DNA of 64,000 nucleotides, taken from the human T2T-CHM13v2.0 reference genome, Homo sapiens. Where the stretch lies: NCBI RefSeq assembly GCF_009914755.1, contig NC_060942.1. One strand, given 5' to 3'. How positions within the stretch are numbered: the stretch's first letter is position 1; each line of letters starts with the position of its first letter. The position numbers were made by a program, and so were the translations under genes. Below, one piece after another: positions 20,251-38,330 of this stretch. The notes below the pieces were generated by a model, which did not search any database, was not told the origin of the DNA, and worked only from the letters and a program-made list of their open reading frames with translations.

Positions 20251-23104
20251 CAGTAGAATCGCTTGGGAAGCCTCCAAATGCTGATGCCCCATCATCACCG
20301 GGGAATTGTGATCTGCGGCCAGGACCGAGATCCACGGGCCCAGAGTGAAATGACAGTACTGTGATCACGACTGGAATATGCACTTCGCCGAACGTGGATC
20401 ACAGTCTTGAGAAAGCAAGCAGCTGGGTTTTTGTTTTGTTTTTTTTCCAAGAAGACAGGGACCTAATCTGGTTTGCTCGCATTTAATTCCTAGTGCCTAG
20501 AATGGTGCATGTCCCAAAACATGCACCATTGATTAAATAATTTCTGATTACTTCCCGACCTATTTGGAGGGTTTTCATTATATTTGTTTTAAAATTATTA
20601 TGGAAACCTTCAAGTCATATATGAAAATTGAATAGTAACTGAACTCCCAATTCATGATCAATTCTGTTTCATCTGTTACCCTCTCCCCCACTGTAGTATT
20701 TTAAAGCAAATCTGAAATGTACCATTCCATCTGTTACCTTGTTCATGTTTATAAAACACAATAACACCTTTTTAAAACATAAAGCCATTATCAGTGTACT
20801 TAGCACTTCATTTTACCCTCTACTATCCAGTCAGCATTTACATTTTCCTAGTTGTCTCTTTCCTCTTACCCAGTTTGTCCAAATCAGTATCCAAACAATC
20901 TACACACGTTATATTTGGTTGATGTCTCTTAGATCTCTCTTAATCTTTTTCTCTTGCTCTTTATTTTGTTCCCTGTATTTTACTTGAACAAGTCATTTGT
21001 ACGGTTCACGTTTTCTACAACCAGGATTTTGCTTTTTCCATCTCTGGTATCCTTTAATAAGCAGGTATTTAGACCTGCAGACTTGTTCAGGTCAGGTTCG
21101 ATTTTTTGGCAAGAGAACTTAATGGGGGATTACTGTGTTTTTCACATTGTATCATACCAGGAGTTAGATAGCATCTTGCCTCTCTTTGTGGACCTTTTAT
21201 GTACAAGTAGCACCGTAGGGTAACAATTGACCAGGGAATGCCAGCAAATACATGCAAAAGAAATGAGAGAATATCACCTTTTGGCAACCCCTAATGAAAT
21301 AATGGATCCTGGCAATGATCACTAGCGGCTGTTAACGTCAGAAAGAGAGACAGCTAGACAATGCGTGCTGCCTAATGGGGTACTCCCATCAGACAGCACA
21401 CCGTTTGTCTTATCAAGTATTCTTGGAGTAATGGGGGTGGTGTGTATAGATGAAACATGATTGCCTATGAGTTAACAGTTGTTGAAGTTCAATGATGGGT
21501 GTATGGCATTGCATTATGCTAATCTCTACTTCTGTATGTGTCTGAAGTTTTTCAGAATAAAACTTTTTTTAAAAAGATTGATTAGTTGAGTAGTGAGTTT
21601 AGGTCAACCTGATCCATACATTGCAGTTCTCTGTTAGCCTTTCACTAAGTGATTCTCAAATCGGACTCCATGTTAGGATCACAGGAGAAGGCTTTTTATT
21701 TTATTTATTTACTTTTTAATACTAAAACATGTCTCACTTGCAGAATTTCCTATCTAAATGTTCTGGGATGGAGCCCAATTATTGATAGGGTTTTTTGTTT
21801 TGTTTGGGACTACAGGTGTATGCCACCATGCCTGGCTAATTTTTTTATAGAGACAGAGTCTTGCCATGTTCCCCAGGCTGCTCTTGAATTCCTGGCCTCA
21901 AGCCATCCTGCCACCTCAGCCTGCCAAAGTGCTGAGTTTACAAGCAGGAGCCACCGTACCTGACCTTCACTGATATGTTTTAAAAGCTCTCCAGGTGATT
22001 CTAATATGCCCCCGGGGTTATGTACTACTGATCTAAATCCATTATTTGTTAGGGATGACAAAGTGATTATATTCTATTATTCCTTCTGCAGTTAATTTGC
22101 CTTTACAAATGTTAACTTTCTGCATTCTGTTTATTCTTACCTATCTTGCAAATCAATAAGGAAGCCTCTGCAAATAAAGCTCCTTTCTTAGCAGAGGAAG
22201 ACTTGATCTTGGAGGTGATAATGTAGAGTAACACATGAAAGGGATGTTAGCAATAACCTCAACGCTATGCTTAAGGTAGAGATGCACCACCTTATGTATG
22301 AGGGTTGGGGGCAGGAAATATGGGGAGGGGCTGTTTCCCAAAATGGAAGGGAAGACTAGGTAGTGTGTAGTTAGAGAAGCATGTTTGGCCATATGACACA
22401 TTTCCAAAAAAAAAAAAAAATCATCAGCATTAAGTAAATATAAATTTAAAAAAAATAAAATGCCACTCATTGAAACATAATGCAATAAATTTAAAAGAAA
22501 AGTTAACCCCCCGCACAGCCCCCACCCCATCACTTTAATTACCCCTGAGATAACCCATATTAACAGGATGGTGTGTATCCTCTCCCACATCAGACTTTCT
22601 CTGTCTTACATAAATGTAGGGGTTTGGGGTATTGTTATAAAAACGAGATCATACCATAGCCATCTGTAACTTTTCTCCTTGTCATCCCTCCACAACAGTA
22701 GTTACAGAAGACTCTATTAGCTGCAGAATAAATAGTTGATAGACTAAATAATAGCACAAATGTACAATAAAATATTCAGCCATTTTCCTATTGACATTTT
22801 TAGATTGCTTTCATATTTTAGCCATCTTGAGAGCAACACAATACACGTCATTTTACATAGCTCTTTATTATTTGGGTAGATTACCAAAAATGGGATTACT
22901 GGGTGAAAGCATATAATTATCAACAGCATCATTATTACTGGTAATATATATTCCAAATTATTCTCCGAAAGCCTAATCGCAATTCATAACTTTGTCACCA
23001 TTAGTTTGTGACAGTAGCCATTTACCGTCATCCTGGTTAGCACTGACTAGCATTGCTCTATTGATATTTGCCTGCCAGCTGATGTGTGGTAAATGGTCTC
23101 TCTT

Positions 23105-23607
23105 TTTGTTTGTTGTGAGAGTGGGTCTTGTTCTGTCAAGCAGGCTGGAGTGCAGCAGTGAAATCACAGCTCACTGCAGCCTTAACCTTCCAGGTTCCAA
23201 TGATCCTCCTGCCTTGGCCTCCTGAAAAGCTGGGACTATAAGCACATGCCTCCATGTCCAGCTGATTTTTGTTTTTTAATTTTTTTGTAGAGACAGTGTC
23301 TCACTATGTTGCCTAGGCTGGTCTCAAACTCCTGGGCTCAAGTGATCCTCCCACCCCAGCCTCCCAAAATGCTGGGATTGCAGGCATGAGCTACCATACC
23401 CAGCCTCTTTGTTCTTTATTTTGCATTCCACTAACTACCTGGAGACTGAACCCTTATCTTTTATTTATTAACTTAAATTTTTTAAATAGATACACGATAG
23501 TTGTTTGAACCCTTTTCATGCTTATAGGCCATTTGGATTTCTTCTGTGATTCATATATATACATATTTATGTATATATATGTGTATATATGTATATATAT
23601 GTATATA

Positions 23608-23656
<49 letters not shown>

Positions 23657-24493
23657 TTTGCCTGTTTTTCTGTTGCACAAGTATTTTTGTATTTTGAATG
23701 CATTTGCATAAACTTTTTTTTTTTAGGAGCATTAACCCCCTGTCATAAGGGGGTCCAAACTTTTTTTTTTCAGGTTTTTTTTCTTGTCCTTTGACTTTAT
23801 GAGTCTCAATATATATAAAAGATTTTATTTAGTGAAAATGTCTGTTTTTAAAGTTTCTGGATTTTATGTCTTGCCAATAAGGGCTTCCCATCTCCACAGT
23901 TAAATGTATAAACATTCTCCTAATTTTTTTGAACACGTTATTGGATTTTTTACATTTAAATTTCTTAACTACGTGAAGTGTATTTTTATATACAATGCAA
24001 AGTGAGCATCTTTCTTTGCTTTTTTCTCTGCTAGAATAGCCAATTATGTCAGTGCCATTCATTAAAGAAACCACACTTTTTACACCTTTGTTATATACTG
24101 TATTGATTCCGATAGGTAGCTGGTTTATTTCTGAACTTTCCCTTCCCTTTTACCTCTATTTTTGTGCCAATATTATTGTTTGTATGTATGTATGTATGTA
24201 TGTATTTGTTGAGACAGAGTCTTACTGTGTCACCCAGGCTGGAGTGCAATTGTGCAATCTTGGCTCACTATGACTGCCGCCTCCCAGGTTCAAGCAATTC
24301 TGCTGCCTCAGCCTCCTGAAGTAGCTGGGACTACAGGTGTGCGCCAGCATGCACGACTAATTTTTGTATTTTTAGTAGAGACAGGGTTTCACCATCTTGG
24401 CCAGGCTGCTCTCAAACTCCTGACCTTAGGTGATCCACCCTCCTCAGCCTCCCAAAGTGCTGGGATAACAGGCATGAGCCACCGTGCCCGGCC
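23105..24493 (-). mobile_element. Two antisense Alus (~23105-23405, ~24205-24493) within an old antisense L1M remnant
   Basis: Alu consensus matches surrounded by T-rich L1-like sequence. Confidence 0.8.
23553..23653. repeat. (TA)n/(TG)n compound microsatellite
   Basis: Read directly from the sequence. Confidence 0.95.
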
Positions 24494-26115
24494 TATTCTG
24501 TTTTAATTATGTCAGATTGCTGTAGTAAATGTTAATACCTAGAAAAGCAGGTCACCACTCACTGCTTTTTGGAATTTTCTCATCCCTTCTCAGACATTTA
24601 TTTTTCCTTCCATATGATTTTTGGATTGTTTCTGTTCCAAAATAAATCCCACTGGAAGTCTGATAGAATTTCCACCAAATACATCTACATTAGCTTAGGA
24701 AGGATGAACATCTCTGTGATATCAAGTCATCCTATCAGGGACATAATGTGTATCTTTTATTCGTGTGAATCTTTTGGGTGCTGTTCCTTTCCTGCTAACT
24801 TTATTTCTGGTAATTTTGTTTTTGCTCTTAGAATGGGTTTTTCCCCCATTTCTGTTTTTATCTTGTTATTGCTAAGACTGAGAAGAGTTACTGAAGTTTT
24901 TGTATATTTTATATCTAGCTGTCAGTCAAATTCTCTTACAGTAGTTTTTCTTAAGCTTCTTTGTTTTCTTCCCTGCCATCAATGTGGATAATCTATAATC
25001 AGTTATGTATAAATTTCAGTTCATTCTAATATATTCTGTTTGATACATATATTCCATCTCAGAAGTATATCAGTGATGTCAGATGTACCTAGAAATAGTG
25101 AAAGGAATAGTGCCAGGAGTTGGAATAAACCTGCACATTCAACAGGTTGTTGCTGATCACTTAAAATAGCAGAGTCCCAAGTCCTCGTGAGTCATGGACC
25201 ATGTCATGTAGGGAGTGAGACATTTGTTCAGCATTATTGTGAAATATCAGCATGACTATAGAGCATAATAGAGCATTACTGTTATGATTGTTCAGAGAAA
25301 GGGAAAGGGCTGATCATTATGGGCATCAGAGACACCATATGGTGAGTATCATTAAATACCATCTCTTGCCCTGTATCTCAACTAGAGTTGTTGTTGTTTA
25401 GTGTTTATTAGAAGGATTTTTTTTAAAAAAATTAGTAAGTAGAAAGTACAGAGTGTTCCCATATACTCTCTTATCCCTCACCCCTCAGTTTCCCCTTATT
25501 AACATCTTGCATTAATGCGGTATATGTTCAGAAGCTTAAGGGCTCATGAAAAAAAAATGAAAAATGTGCTACATGTGTTACAGTTGTTGAGCCAATATTG
25601 ATACAGATACACTGTCAACTAAAGTTTACATTAGAGCTCATTCACTCTAGTGGTGTTTATTCTGTGTACAGTTGACCAATGTATAATGACATATGTCTGT
25701 CTTACTGTATCATACAGAATCGTTTCACTGCCTTAAACATCCCCTGTGCTCTGCCTGTTCATTCTTCCTTCTCTCACCCTGTATCACTAGCAAGCACGAT
25801 TTTTACTGTCTCCATAGTTTTGCCTTTTTGAGAACATCATATAGTTAGAATTCAGCTATAGTTTTTAATTGCCTGGGTTTGGTTATTTTTGTTTGTTTGG
25901 GTGTGTGAACAATTATACAAGATTTGTTAACTTGTAGTTTTAGCCAAGTTATTAAAACCTTACTGTGGATATGTGTGGAATACTATGAGAGACCAAGAAT
26001 CCAGACTGTTCTAAATAACCAAAAAGTAATAATAGAGATAAATATTACAGGAATATGTTTTTGGTACAGTGATATGAAATAATCCCCAGATGATCTTTCT
26101 GTTGCAGGGTGGAAG

Positions 26116-26272
26116 ATGTCTATGGATGTGACATTCCTGGGGACGGGTGCAGCATACCCATCTCCAACCCGGGGTGCCTCTGCTGTGGTCCTTCGGTGTG
26201 AAGGCGAGTGCTGGCTCTTTGACTGTGGGGAGGGAACACAGACACAGCTTATGAAAAGCCAACTTAAAGCAG
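26116..26272 (+). CDS. ELAC1: ELAC1 coding exon (exon 2, 26108-26272): MSMDVTFLGTGAAYPSPTRGASAVVLRCEGECWLFDCGEGTQTQLMKSQLKA
   Basis: Acceptor TTGCAG| at 26107, ATG at 26116 with A at -3, donor AG|GTTAGT at 26272/26273. FLGTG and DCGEG (motif I) are RNase Z signatures. This exon is absent from the ORF track because it is short. Confidence 0.97.
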
Positions 26273-27991
26273 GTTAGTGTGCCTTCAGCTATCTCATTAA
26301 GATTTTTTTGTTGTTCTGCTTCATTTTCTTGGCTCTCCTTGGACATTTTGTTTAGAAACAGCCCTGATGGTTGCATCCCACTTCAGTGCTACACCCTGGT
26401 GAGACTTGGAAGGCCTGCAGGCATCTGGCCACGTCCACTGAACTTCATTTACTTATTTACTTGCTTTTCATTTATCCTGTAGATGCTGAAAGCAAGGATT
26501 CATGTAGGCTTGGGGTTTGGGAAATGTCGTGGGATACACCAGGCATATTAGATGAACACTGCCTTAGCAAGGAAGCAGTGTACATACTTACCTCCACCAG
26601 GAGATAGTTTTCATGAGAGGATGCAAAGGGTAGGAAATGTTTGGAGGAGGGAGATGTTGTTTTCCTCTTGGGGTTATCAGGGTAAACTTCTCAGAGAAGT
26701 TGACCTGTGGATTGTCAAAGGAGGAGGAGGAATTTCAGGGCTGAGGAGAAGAAGGGCATTTCAATCAGGGGGAATGGAGTGAGCAGAGGCCAGCACCTGG
26801 GAGATAGAGCAGTCCAGTGGTGAAAAGCTTCAGCTCAGAGTCAGGCAGACCTGGGTTCTAGTCCTGGCTGTGTCTTGGGCCTGTGACCTTAGCATATCAG
26901 CAAACTTCAACTTTACTTTCCCGATCTTGAAAATGGGGATAAAAAGTCTACTTAGAAAGGGTGTTATGAGAATTACATGTAATCATTTATTCTCTGTGTG
27001 ATTGCCTCTTTCTCAGTTAAATCTTAGCTCAGATGCCATCTTCTCAGAGGCTTTCCCAAATCCTCCTGGATTAAGTAGTTCCTCTCTCACCCCAGTCATT
27101 CCTTTACTTTGTCCTATTTTTATTGACTTCTTAGCATCATCAGTATCTGAAATTATGTTATTTAGTTTGTTTCTGTGTTCTTTATCTCCCTATACTGTAA
27201 AGTACGTTCCATGATCATTTATATACCTAGTAGATGCCTAGTTATATCTGTTCAACTAGGCATCTACTAAGTATATAAATGATCATGGAACTTACTTTAG
27301 TGAATGGATAAGACGTTTAGCAACTTAGCACAGTGCCTCTCACTTATTAGGTCTTGATAAATAGTATTGAAGTCATTATTCCTACAACTCTTCACAGTAC
27401 CTGGCACTTGGTGACTAAAGGAAAGATACTTCTAGTGTTCAGGGATCTCTTGGTCCAGTGATGGAAACTGACATGCAAACGGACAGTAATCAATCATGTA
27501 ATGTGATAAGTAGAATAATGGAAGTATTTTCTAAGTACTTTGGAGCACAAAGGAGGGGGAAGTAACTGACCATTCATTCATTAATAGAAGGCATCCCAGA
27601 GATTGTTAACAGTTGAGCTAGGATCCAAGAGATTCATAGAAGTTTTTCTGAGAGAGAGGTAGAGATGGACATTGAGGGAACAGACAACAAAGTGAGCAAC
27701 AAGTAAGGAAGTTTCCAGGAAAGAACTGGCATGTTGGGGAGCATTGAGTACTTGGCTAGGCTAGATGGAACTAAGAATGCTGAAAAGGTGAGGGCTGACT
27801 GTGAAGTCCTCTGTAGCATAGTAAGATATTTAGACTTTATTGTTCTACTGGGAAAAAGGAACCATTCATGTTTTTAAGGGGGAATAATGCAATCTCGTTT
27901 GTGTTTTAGGACAGAGTTTTCTGATGGCACATGTATTGGGAGAGAGAGAATAGCATCAGGGAGACCAGTTCCAAGGCAATTGCAGTTCACT

Positions 27992-30349
27992 TGTATCAGT
28001 TCATTTTCATACTGCTATGAAGAAATACCCAAGACTGGGTAATTTATTAAAACAACAACAAAAAAGAGGTTTAATGGACTCGCAGTTCACATGGCTGGGG
28101 AGGCCTCACAATCATGGTGGAAGGCAAAGGCAGAGCAAAGGCGTGTCTTACGTGGTGGCAGGCAAGAAAGCATATGCAGGGGAACCACCCTTTATCAACC
28201 CGTCAGATCTCATGAGACTTATTCACTGTCGTGAGAACAGCATGAGAGAACCTGCCCCCCATGATTCAATTACTTCCCACTGGGTCCCTCCCATGACATG
28301 TGGGGATAATGGGAGCTACAATTCAAGATGAGATTTGGGTGGGACATAGCTAAACCATATCATTCCACCCCTGACTCCTCCAGAACCTTATGTCCTCACA
28401 TTTCAAAACCAATCATGCCTTCCCAATAGTCCCCCAAAGTCTTAACTCATTTTAGCATTAATTTAAAAGCCCACAGTCCAAAGTCTCATCTGAAACAAGG
28501 CTAGTCCCTTCTACCTATGAACCTGTAAAATCAAAAGCAAGTTAGTTACTTCTTAGATACAATGGGGGTACAGGCATTGGGTAAATATACCCATTCCAAA
28601 TGAGAGAAATTGGCCAAAACAAAGGGGCTATAGGCCCCACGCAAGTCCAAAATCCAATAGGACAGTCAAATCTTAAAGCTCCGAAATGATCTCCTTTGAC
28701 TCCATGTCTCACATCCAGGGCATGCTGATGCAAGAGGTGGGCTCCCATTGTCTTGGGCAGCTCTACTCCTGTGGCTTTACAGGGTATAGCCCACTTCCTG
28801 GCTGTTTTCATGGGTTGGTGTTGAGTGTCTGCAGCTTTTCCATGCACACAGTGTAAGCTGTCAATAGAGCTGCCATTATGGGTTCTGGAGGACAGTAGCT
28901 CTCTTCTCACAACTCTACTAAGCAGTGTCCCAGTGGCTATGTGTGGGGGCTCACACCCCATATTTCCCTTCCACACTGCCCTAGTAGAGGTTCTTTGTGA
29001 GGGCTCCACCCCTGCAGAAGATTTCTGCCTGGACATCCAGATGTTTCCATACATCCTCTGAAATCTAGGTGGAGGTTCCCAAACCTCAATTCTTGACTTC
29101 TGTGCACCCGCAGGCCCAACACCACATCTAAGCTGCTAAGGCTTGGGGCTTGCAGTCTCTGAAGCAACCGCCTGAGCTGTACCTTGGCCCCTTTAAGCCA
29201 CACTGGGATGCAGGGCACCAAGTCCCAAGACTGCACGAAGCAGCAAGGCCCTGGGCCCAGGCCAGGAAACCGTTTTTCCCTCCTAGGCCTCTGGGCACGT
29301 GATGGGAGGGGCTGCTGTGAAGACCTCTGACATGCTCTGGCAACATTTTCCCCATTGTCTTGGTGATTAACATTTGGCTCCTCATTACTTACACAAATTT
29401 CTGCAGCTAGCTTGAATTTCTGCTCAGAAAATAGGATTTTCTTTTCTGTTACATCATCAGGATGCAAATTTTCTGAACTTTTATGCTCTGGTTCCCTTTA
29501 AACATAAGTTACAATTCCAAACCATATCTTTGTGAATACATAAAAGTGAATGCTTTTAAGAGCACCCAAGTTACTTCTTGAATGCTTTGCTGCCTAGAAA
29601 TTTCTTCTGCCAGATACCCTAAAGCATCTCTCTCAAGTTCAAAGTTCCACAGATCTCTAGGGCAGGGGCACAATGCTGCCAGTCTCTTTGCTAAAGCATA
29701 GCAAGAATCCCTTTGCTTCAGTTCCCAATAAGTTCCTCATCTCCATCTGAGACCACCTCAGCCTGGACTTTTTGGTCAAAACCATTCAACAGGAAATTCC
29801 AAACTTTCCCATGTCTTCCTGTCTTCTGAGCCCTCCAAGTCTCTAGGAAATTCTAAACCTTCCCATATTTTCCTGTCTCCTTTTGAGCCCTCCAAACTGT
29901 TCCAGCCTCTGCCTGCTACCCAGTTCCAAAGTCACTTCCACATTTTCAGGTATCCTTATAGCATTATCCCACTCTACCAGTACCAATTTACTGTATCAGG
30001 CCATTTTCATACTGCTATGAAGAAATACCCAAGACTGAGTAATTTATTTAAAAAAAAAAGAGGTTTAATGAACTAATCGCAGTTCCGCAAGGCTGGGGAG
30101 GCCCCACAATCATGGTGGAAGGCAAAGGCAAAGGTATGTCTTACATGGTGGCAGGCAAGAGAGCATGTGCAGGGGAACTCCCCTTTATCAAACCATCAGA
30201 CCTCGTGAGACTTATTCACTGTCACGAGAACAGCATGAGAAAACCTGCTCCCATGATTCAATTACTTCCCACCGGGTCCCTCCCATGATGTAGGGATTAT
30301 GGGAGCTACAGTTCAAGATGAGATTTGGGTGGGGACACAAACCATATCA
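27992..30349 (-). mobile_element. Full-length THE1 (THE1B/C-like MaLR): LTR 27992-28362, internal region, LTR 29992-30349
   Basis: Two direct LTRs TGTATCAG...AAACCATATCA and a perfect 5-bp TSD TCACT (27987-27991, 30350-30354). Minus-strand ORF remnants are typical of THE1-int. Confidence 0.95.
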
Positions 30350-30894
30350 TCACTGTGTATATGTGTGTGTGTGTGAGAGAGAGAGAGAATGAGGATATTG
30401 AAGTATAGAGATGGAGATGAGAGATTCAATTTAAGAGATACTTGTAGAAATAAGAGGAGATGGTCACTGAATGTCTAGTGTGTGAGGAAGTGAAGAATTA
30501 ATACAAGTTACTGATGGTGATGTCCTGGACCTAGAGAAGAAGTCAGGAAAAGAGTTGTTGGAGGAAGGAGCTAATGCATATTGTTTGGGACATATGGTAG
30601 GTACAATTGAACCGTAGTTATATACTGTCTTGTGTTGAAACTTTGAGATAATTCAGGTGCTATTCTTTGCTTTTCTTGGATCGTACAGAGATTCCTTTCA
30701 TGAGAACCTTCATGAGAGCCCTCTGGACAGGCACAGGCCAGAGTAGAGACTTGACAGTTAACATTTTAGACAGTAGGAGTTGAGGTGGCAAGGTGTACTG
30801 AAATAGAAACAAGAAATTGTTAAGTGTGAGTACCAGAGGTTTGGCTGTGGGGATACATCTTTTTATTTAATACTTGTGTTAGTTATCTGATACT

Positions 30895-31403
30895 ATCTAA
30901 TAATGCATAACAGATTATAAATTTAGTGGCTTATTTGCATTTATTATCTCCTAGTTACTGTAGGTTAGGGAGTTCGGGCCTGGTTTAGCTAGGTTTTCTG
31001 CTTCAGGGTCTCACTAGGCTGCAATCTAGGTGTTGGCTGGGGTTACAATTTCATCAGAGGCCCAACTGGGGAAGATTCTGCTTCTCAGCTCTTTCAGGTT
31101 GTTGGCAGAACCCTTACAGTGGTAGGACAGTCCACCCTGAGCTCCTTGAGTTCTCTGCATTGTAGGTTTCTGCTTCATGGTAGCTTGCTTCTTCATAGCC
31201 AGCATGGGAGAAGGAGACTCTAGAGTAAGTCTGCTAGCAAGATGGAGTCTTATGTCCCATAAAGTAATCGCATTGCATTCTTGTGCCATATTCTGCTGGT
31301 TAGAAGCAAGTCACAAGTCCCAGCCACACTCAAGGAGAGGGGATTGTAGGACGTGAACACCAGGAGGTAGGGGCCACAGGGATCACCTAAAGTATCCACC
31401 ACA
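30895..31403. mobile_element. MLT1-family LTR remnant
   Basis: GCCATATTCTGCTGGTTAGAAGCAAGTCACAAGTCCCAGCCACACTCAAGGAGAGGGGATT...GTGAACACCAGGAGG is typical of MLT1. Boundaries are approximate. Confidence 0.75.
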
Positions 31404-31439
31404 AGTATATTTTACAGTTCCTTTATATATGATTTTCTG

Positions 31440-33857
<2,418 letters not shown>

Positions 33858-34866
33858 TATTGCTGTAGTTTTTTTGTCTGCAGAGTCCTCAGGTCACACA
33901 TGGAGGTGGCTTGGCAACCCGGACAGGGAGACGGGGGAAATGAGGAATTCAGGCAGTAAAAAAACAGCAAAAAGGAGCATATCGAGGAAACTTCTAGAGT
34001 GCCTCCTGGGGATTCGCAAAGTCCACAATCAGCCTGTGCCAATCTGTTGTTCTCTGTTGCTGGCTGGGCTTGGATGTAGTAATTCTGGAAAGACTTGCTT
34101 GGAGAACACTTGATGTTATAGAACAAATCACATTACAGTAAACTATTCCTGTTCTTTTATGGTATCAATAAACTGTTTCTGTACTTTTATAGCATCAAAC
34201 GTTTAAAATAGGTGGGCCTTGAGCAAAGGACCAGAAGCCTCTTTTGCACTAGAAATGTGTTAATTTTTGTTGTTACTTTTGAAATGTCATGTGGTGTGTC
34301 TCAGAAAATGCTGATGTGGCATCCTGCCATATTCCAGCAATAAATTCAGTTTACCATTGGCTAAACCAAGTTATAACCTAAGCCAATATGCACTGAAAAA
34401 GCTGTTGTGTTAGTTCAGACTGAAAGGAAGAATGGACCCAAGTACCCTTACATAATAGCTTAGGGGATCGGCTTTCCTGCATTCTGCCTTCTGTTGCCCA
34501 CCTTCCTTCTCAGTTCTTCATCTTTTTCCCTCTCCTACCTCCCTTCTCCCTCCTCCTTTTCCCCTCCCTTCCTCACCGTTCTTCCTTTTTCTCCATCTTC
34601 TTCCACCTCACCCAGACAAGCAGGCCGTGACTTGATTGGTTAATCGCTGTCCAGTATAGGGAGTCCTTAAAAGGCAATTTTGGGTTCAGGCACTGGTCCA
34701 GTCAGTTGGAGCCAGTGGAACATTTTGTTTTCCTGGAATATATGTTTGCTTTTCTCAGAGGGAGCAGTAGGGGGCAATGTAATTGCTAGATGCTTTTAAT
34801 ACTTGAGGCCTATCTATTTAATAGTTAAGTGAATTATTTTGGTACACTTGTATATTTTACTTGGTG

Positions 34867-35672
<806 letters not shown>

Positions 35673-35807
35673 TTATGATGATAAGTAGAACTTTTAAATT
35701 CAATTTACTATTTTTAATGTAAATTGTTAGGCTTGTTTCAAATAGCTTTGTATGGGTTTTTAGTTAATGAAAAATTTCCAAACGTATTTCTCTATCTCAA
35801 TCAAAAG

Positions 35808-36275
35808 GGAGAATTACCAAGATCTTCATCACACACCTTCATGGAGACCATTTCTTTGGCCTTCCTGGGCTCCTCTGCACAATCAGCCTGCAGAGTGGCT
35901 CCATGGTGTCCAAACAGCCTATTGAAATCTATGGCCCTGTAGGGCTTCGGGACTTTATCTGGCGAACCATGGAACTCTCTCACACGGAGCTGGTCTTCCA
36001 TTATGTGGTTCATGAACTGGTTCCTACAGCAGATCAATGTCCTGCAGAAGAACTAAAAGAATTTGCGCATGTGAATAGAGCAGACAGTCCTCCCAAAGAG
36101 GAACAAGGAAGAACTATCCTGTTAGACTCAGAAGAAAACTCATACCTTCTGTTTGATGATGAACAATTTGTTGTAAAAGCATTTCGCCTCTTTCACAGAA
36201 TTCCCTCATTTGGGTTTTCAGTCGTGGAAAAGAAACGCCCAGGTAAACTCAATGCACAGAAACTTAAAGACCTTG
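35808..36275 (+). CDS. ELAC1: ELAC1 exon 3 (468 nt, phase 1-1) containing the zinc-binding HLHGDH motif
   Basis: Acceptor CAAAAG| at 35807. Reads (G)RITKIFITHLHGDHFFGLPG...IYGPVGL...LFHRIPSFGF...KLKDL, with HxHxDH at 35834-35851. Donor TG|GTAAGT at 36275/36276. Confidence 0.98.
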
Positions 36276-36279
36276 GTAA

Positions 36280-37945
<1,666 letters not shown>

Positions 37946-38330
37946 TGACTATATCACTATTTAAATACACTCTCAAATTTTACCCAAAGGTGAGCTTATT
38001 AAATAAAGCACTCTCAAAAACTGTTGTTTCTGTGCACAGCAGAGAATCAAGAATGTTACAGTGACTACAATAAGGTCCTAGTGATACTTAGGAGACTAAA
38101 ACTTGTCTGACATGTATGCATGGGAAATGTTTCAAGTACTAAGGCATTGCTAATATCAATCAACACTGAAATTTTAAAAATGTATAAATCCAGTTTTCCA
38201 CAAGTAGTAAAACATTTATAACAATTATGGATGCCTTTTCCATTAGCTATTTGCAATGCTGTTAAAATAGACTCTTGAAAAGTCATAAATTCCATTCCTA
38301 TGATGTAATGTTATCTGCCTTCATCATTAG

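Noticed and set aside
19440-20383. Overlapping 80-185 aa Pro/Arg/Gly-rich ORFs on both strands
   Set aside because: Stop codons are expected to be scarce in a CpG island. There is no recognisable domain, and many start at non-ATG codons.
28542-29467. 170-176 aa minus-strand ORFs
   Set aside because: These are frameshifted remnants of the THE1 internal ORF.
29791-29905. ~55-bp imperfect tandem duplication in THE1-int
   Set aside because: As I recall, it occurs in many THE1 internal copies, so it is probably not locus-specific.
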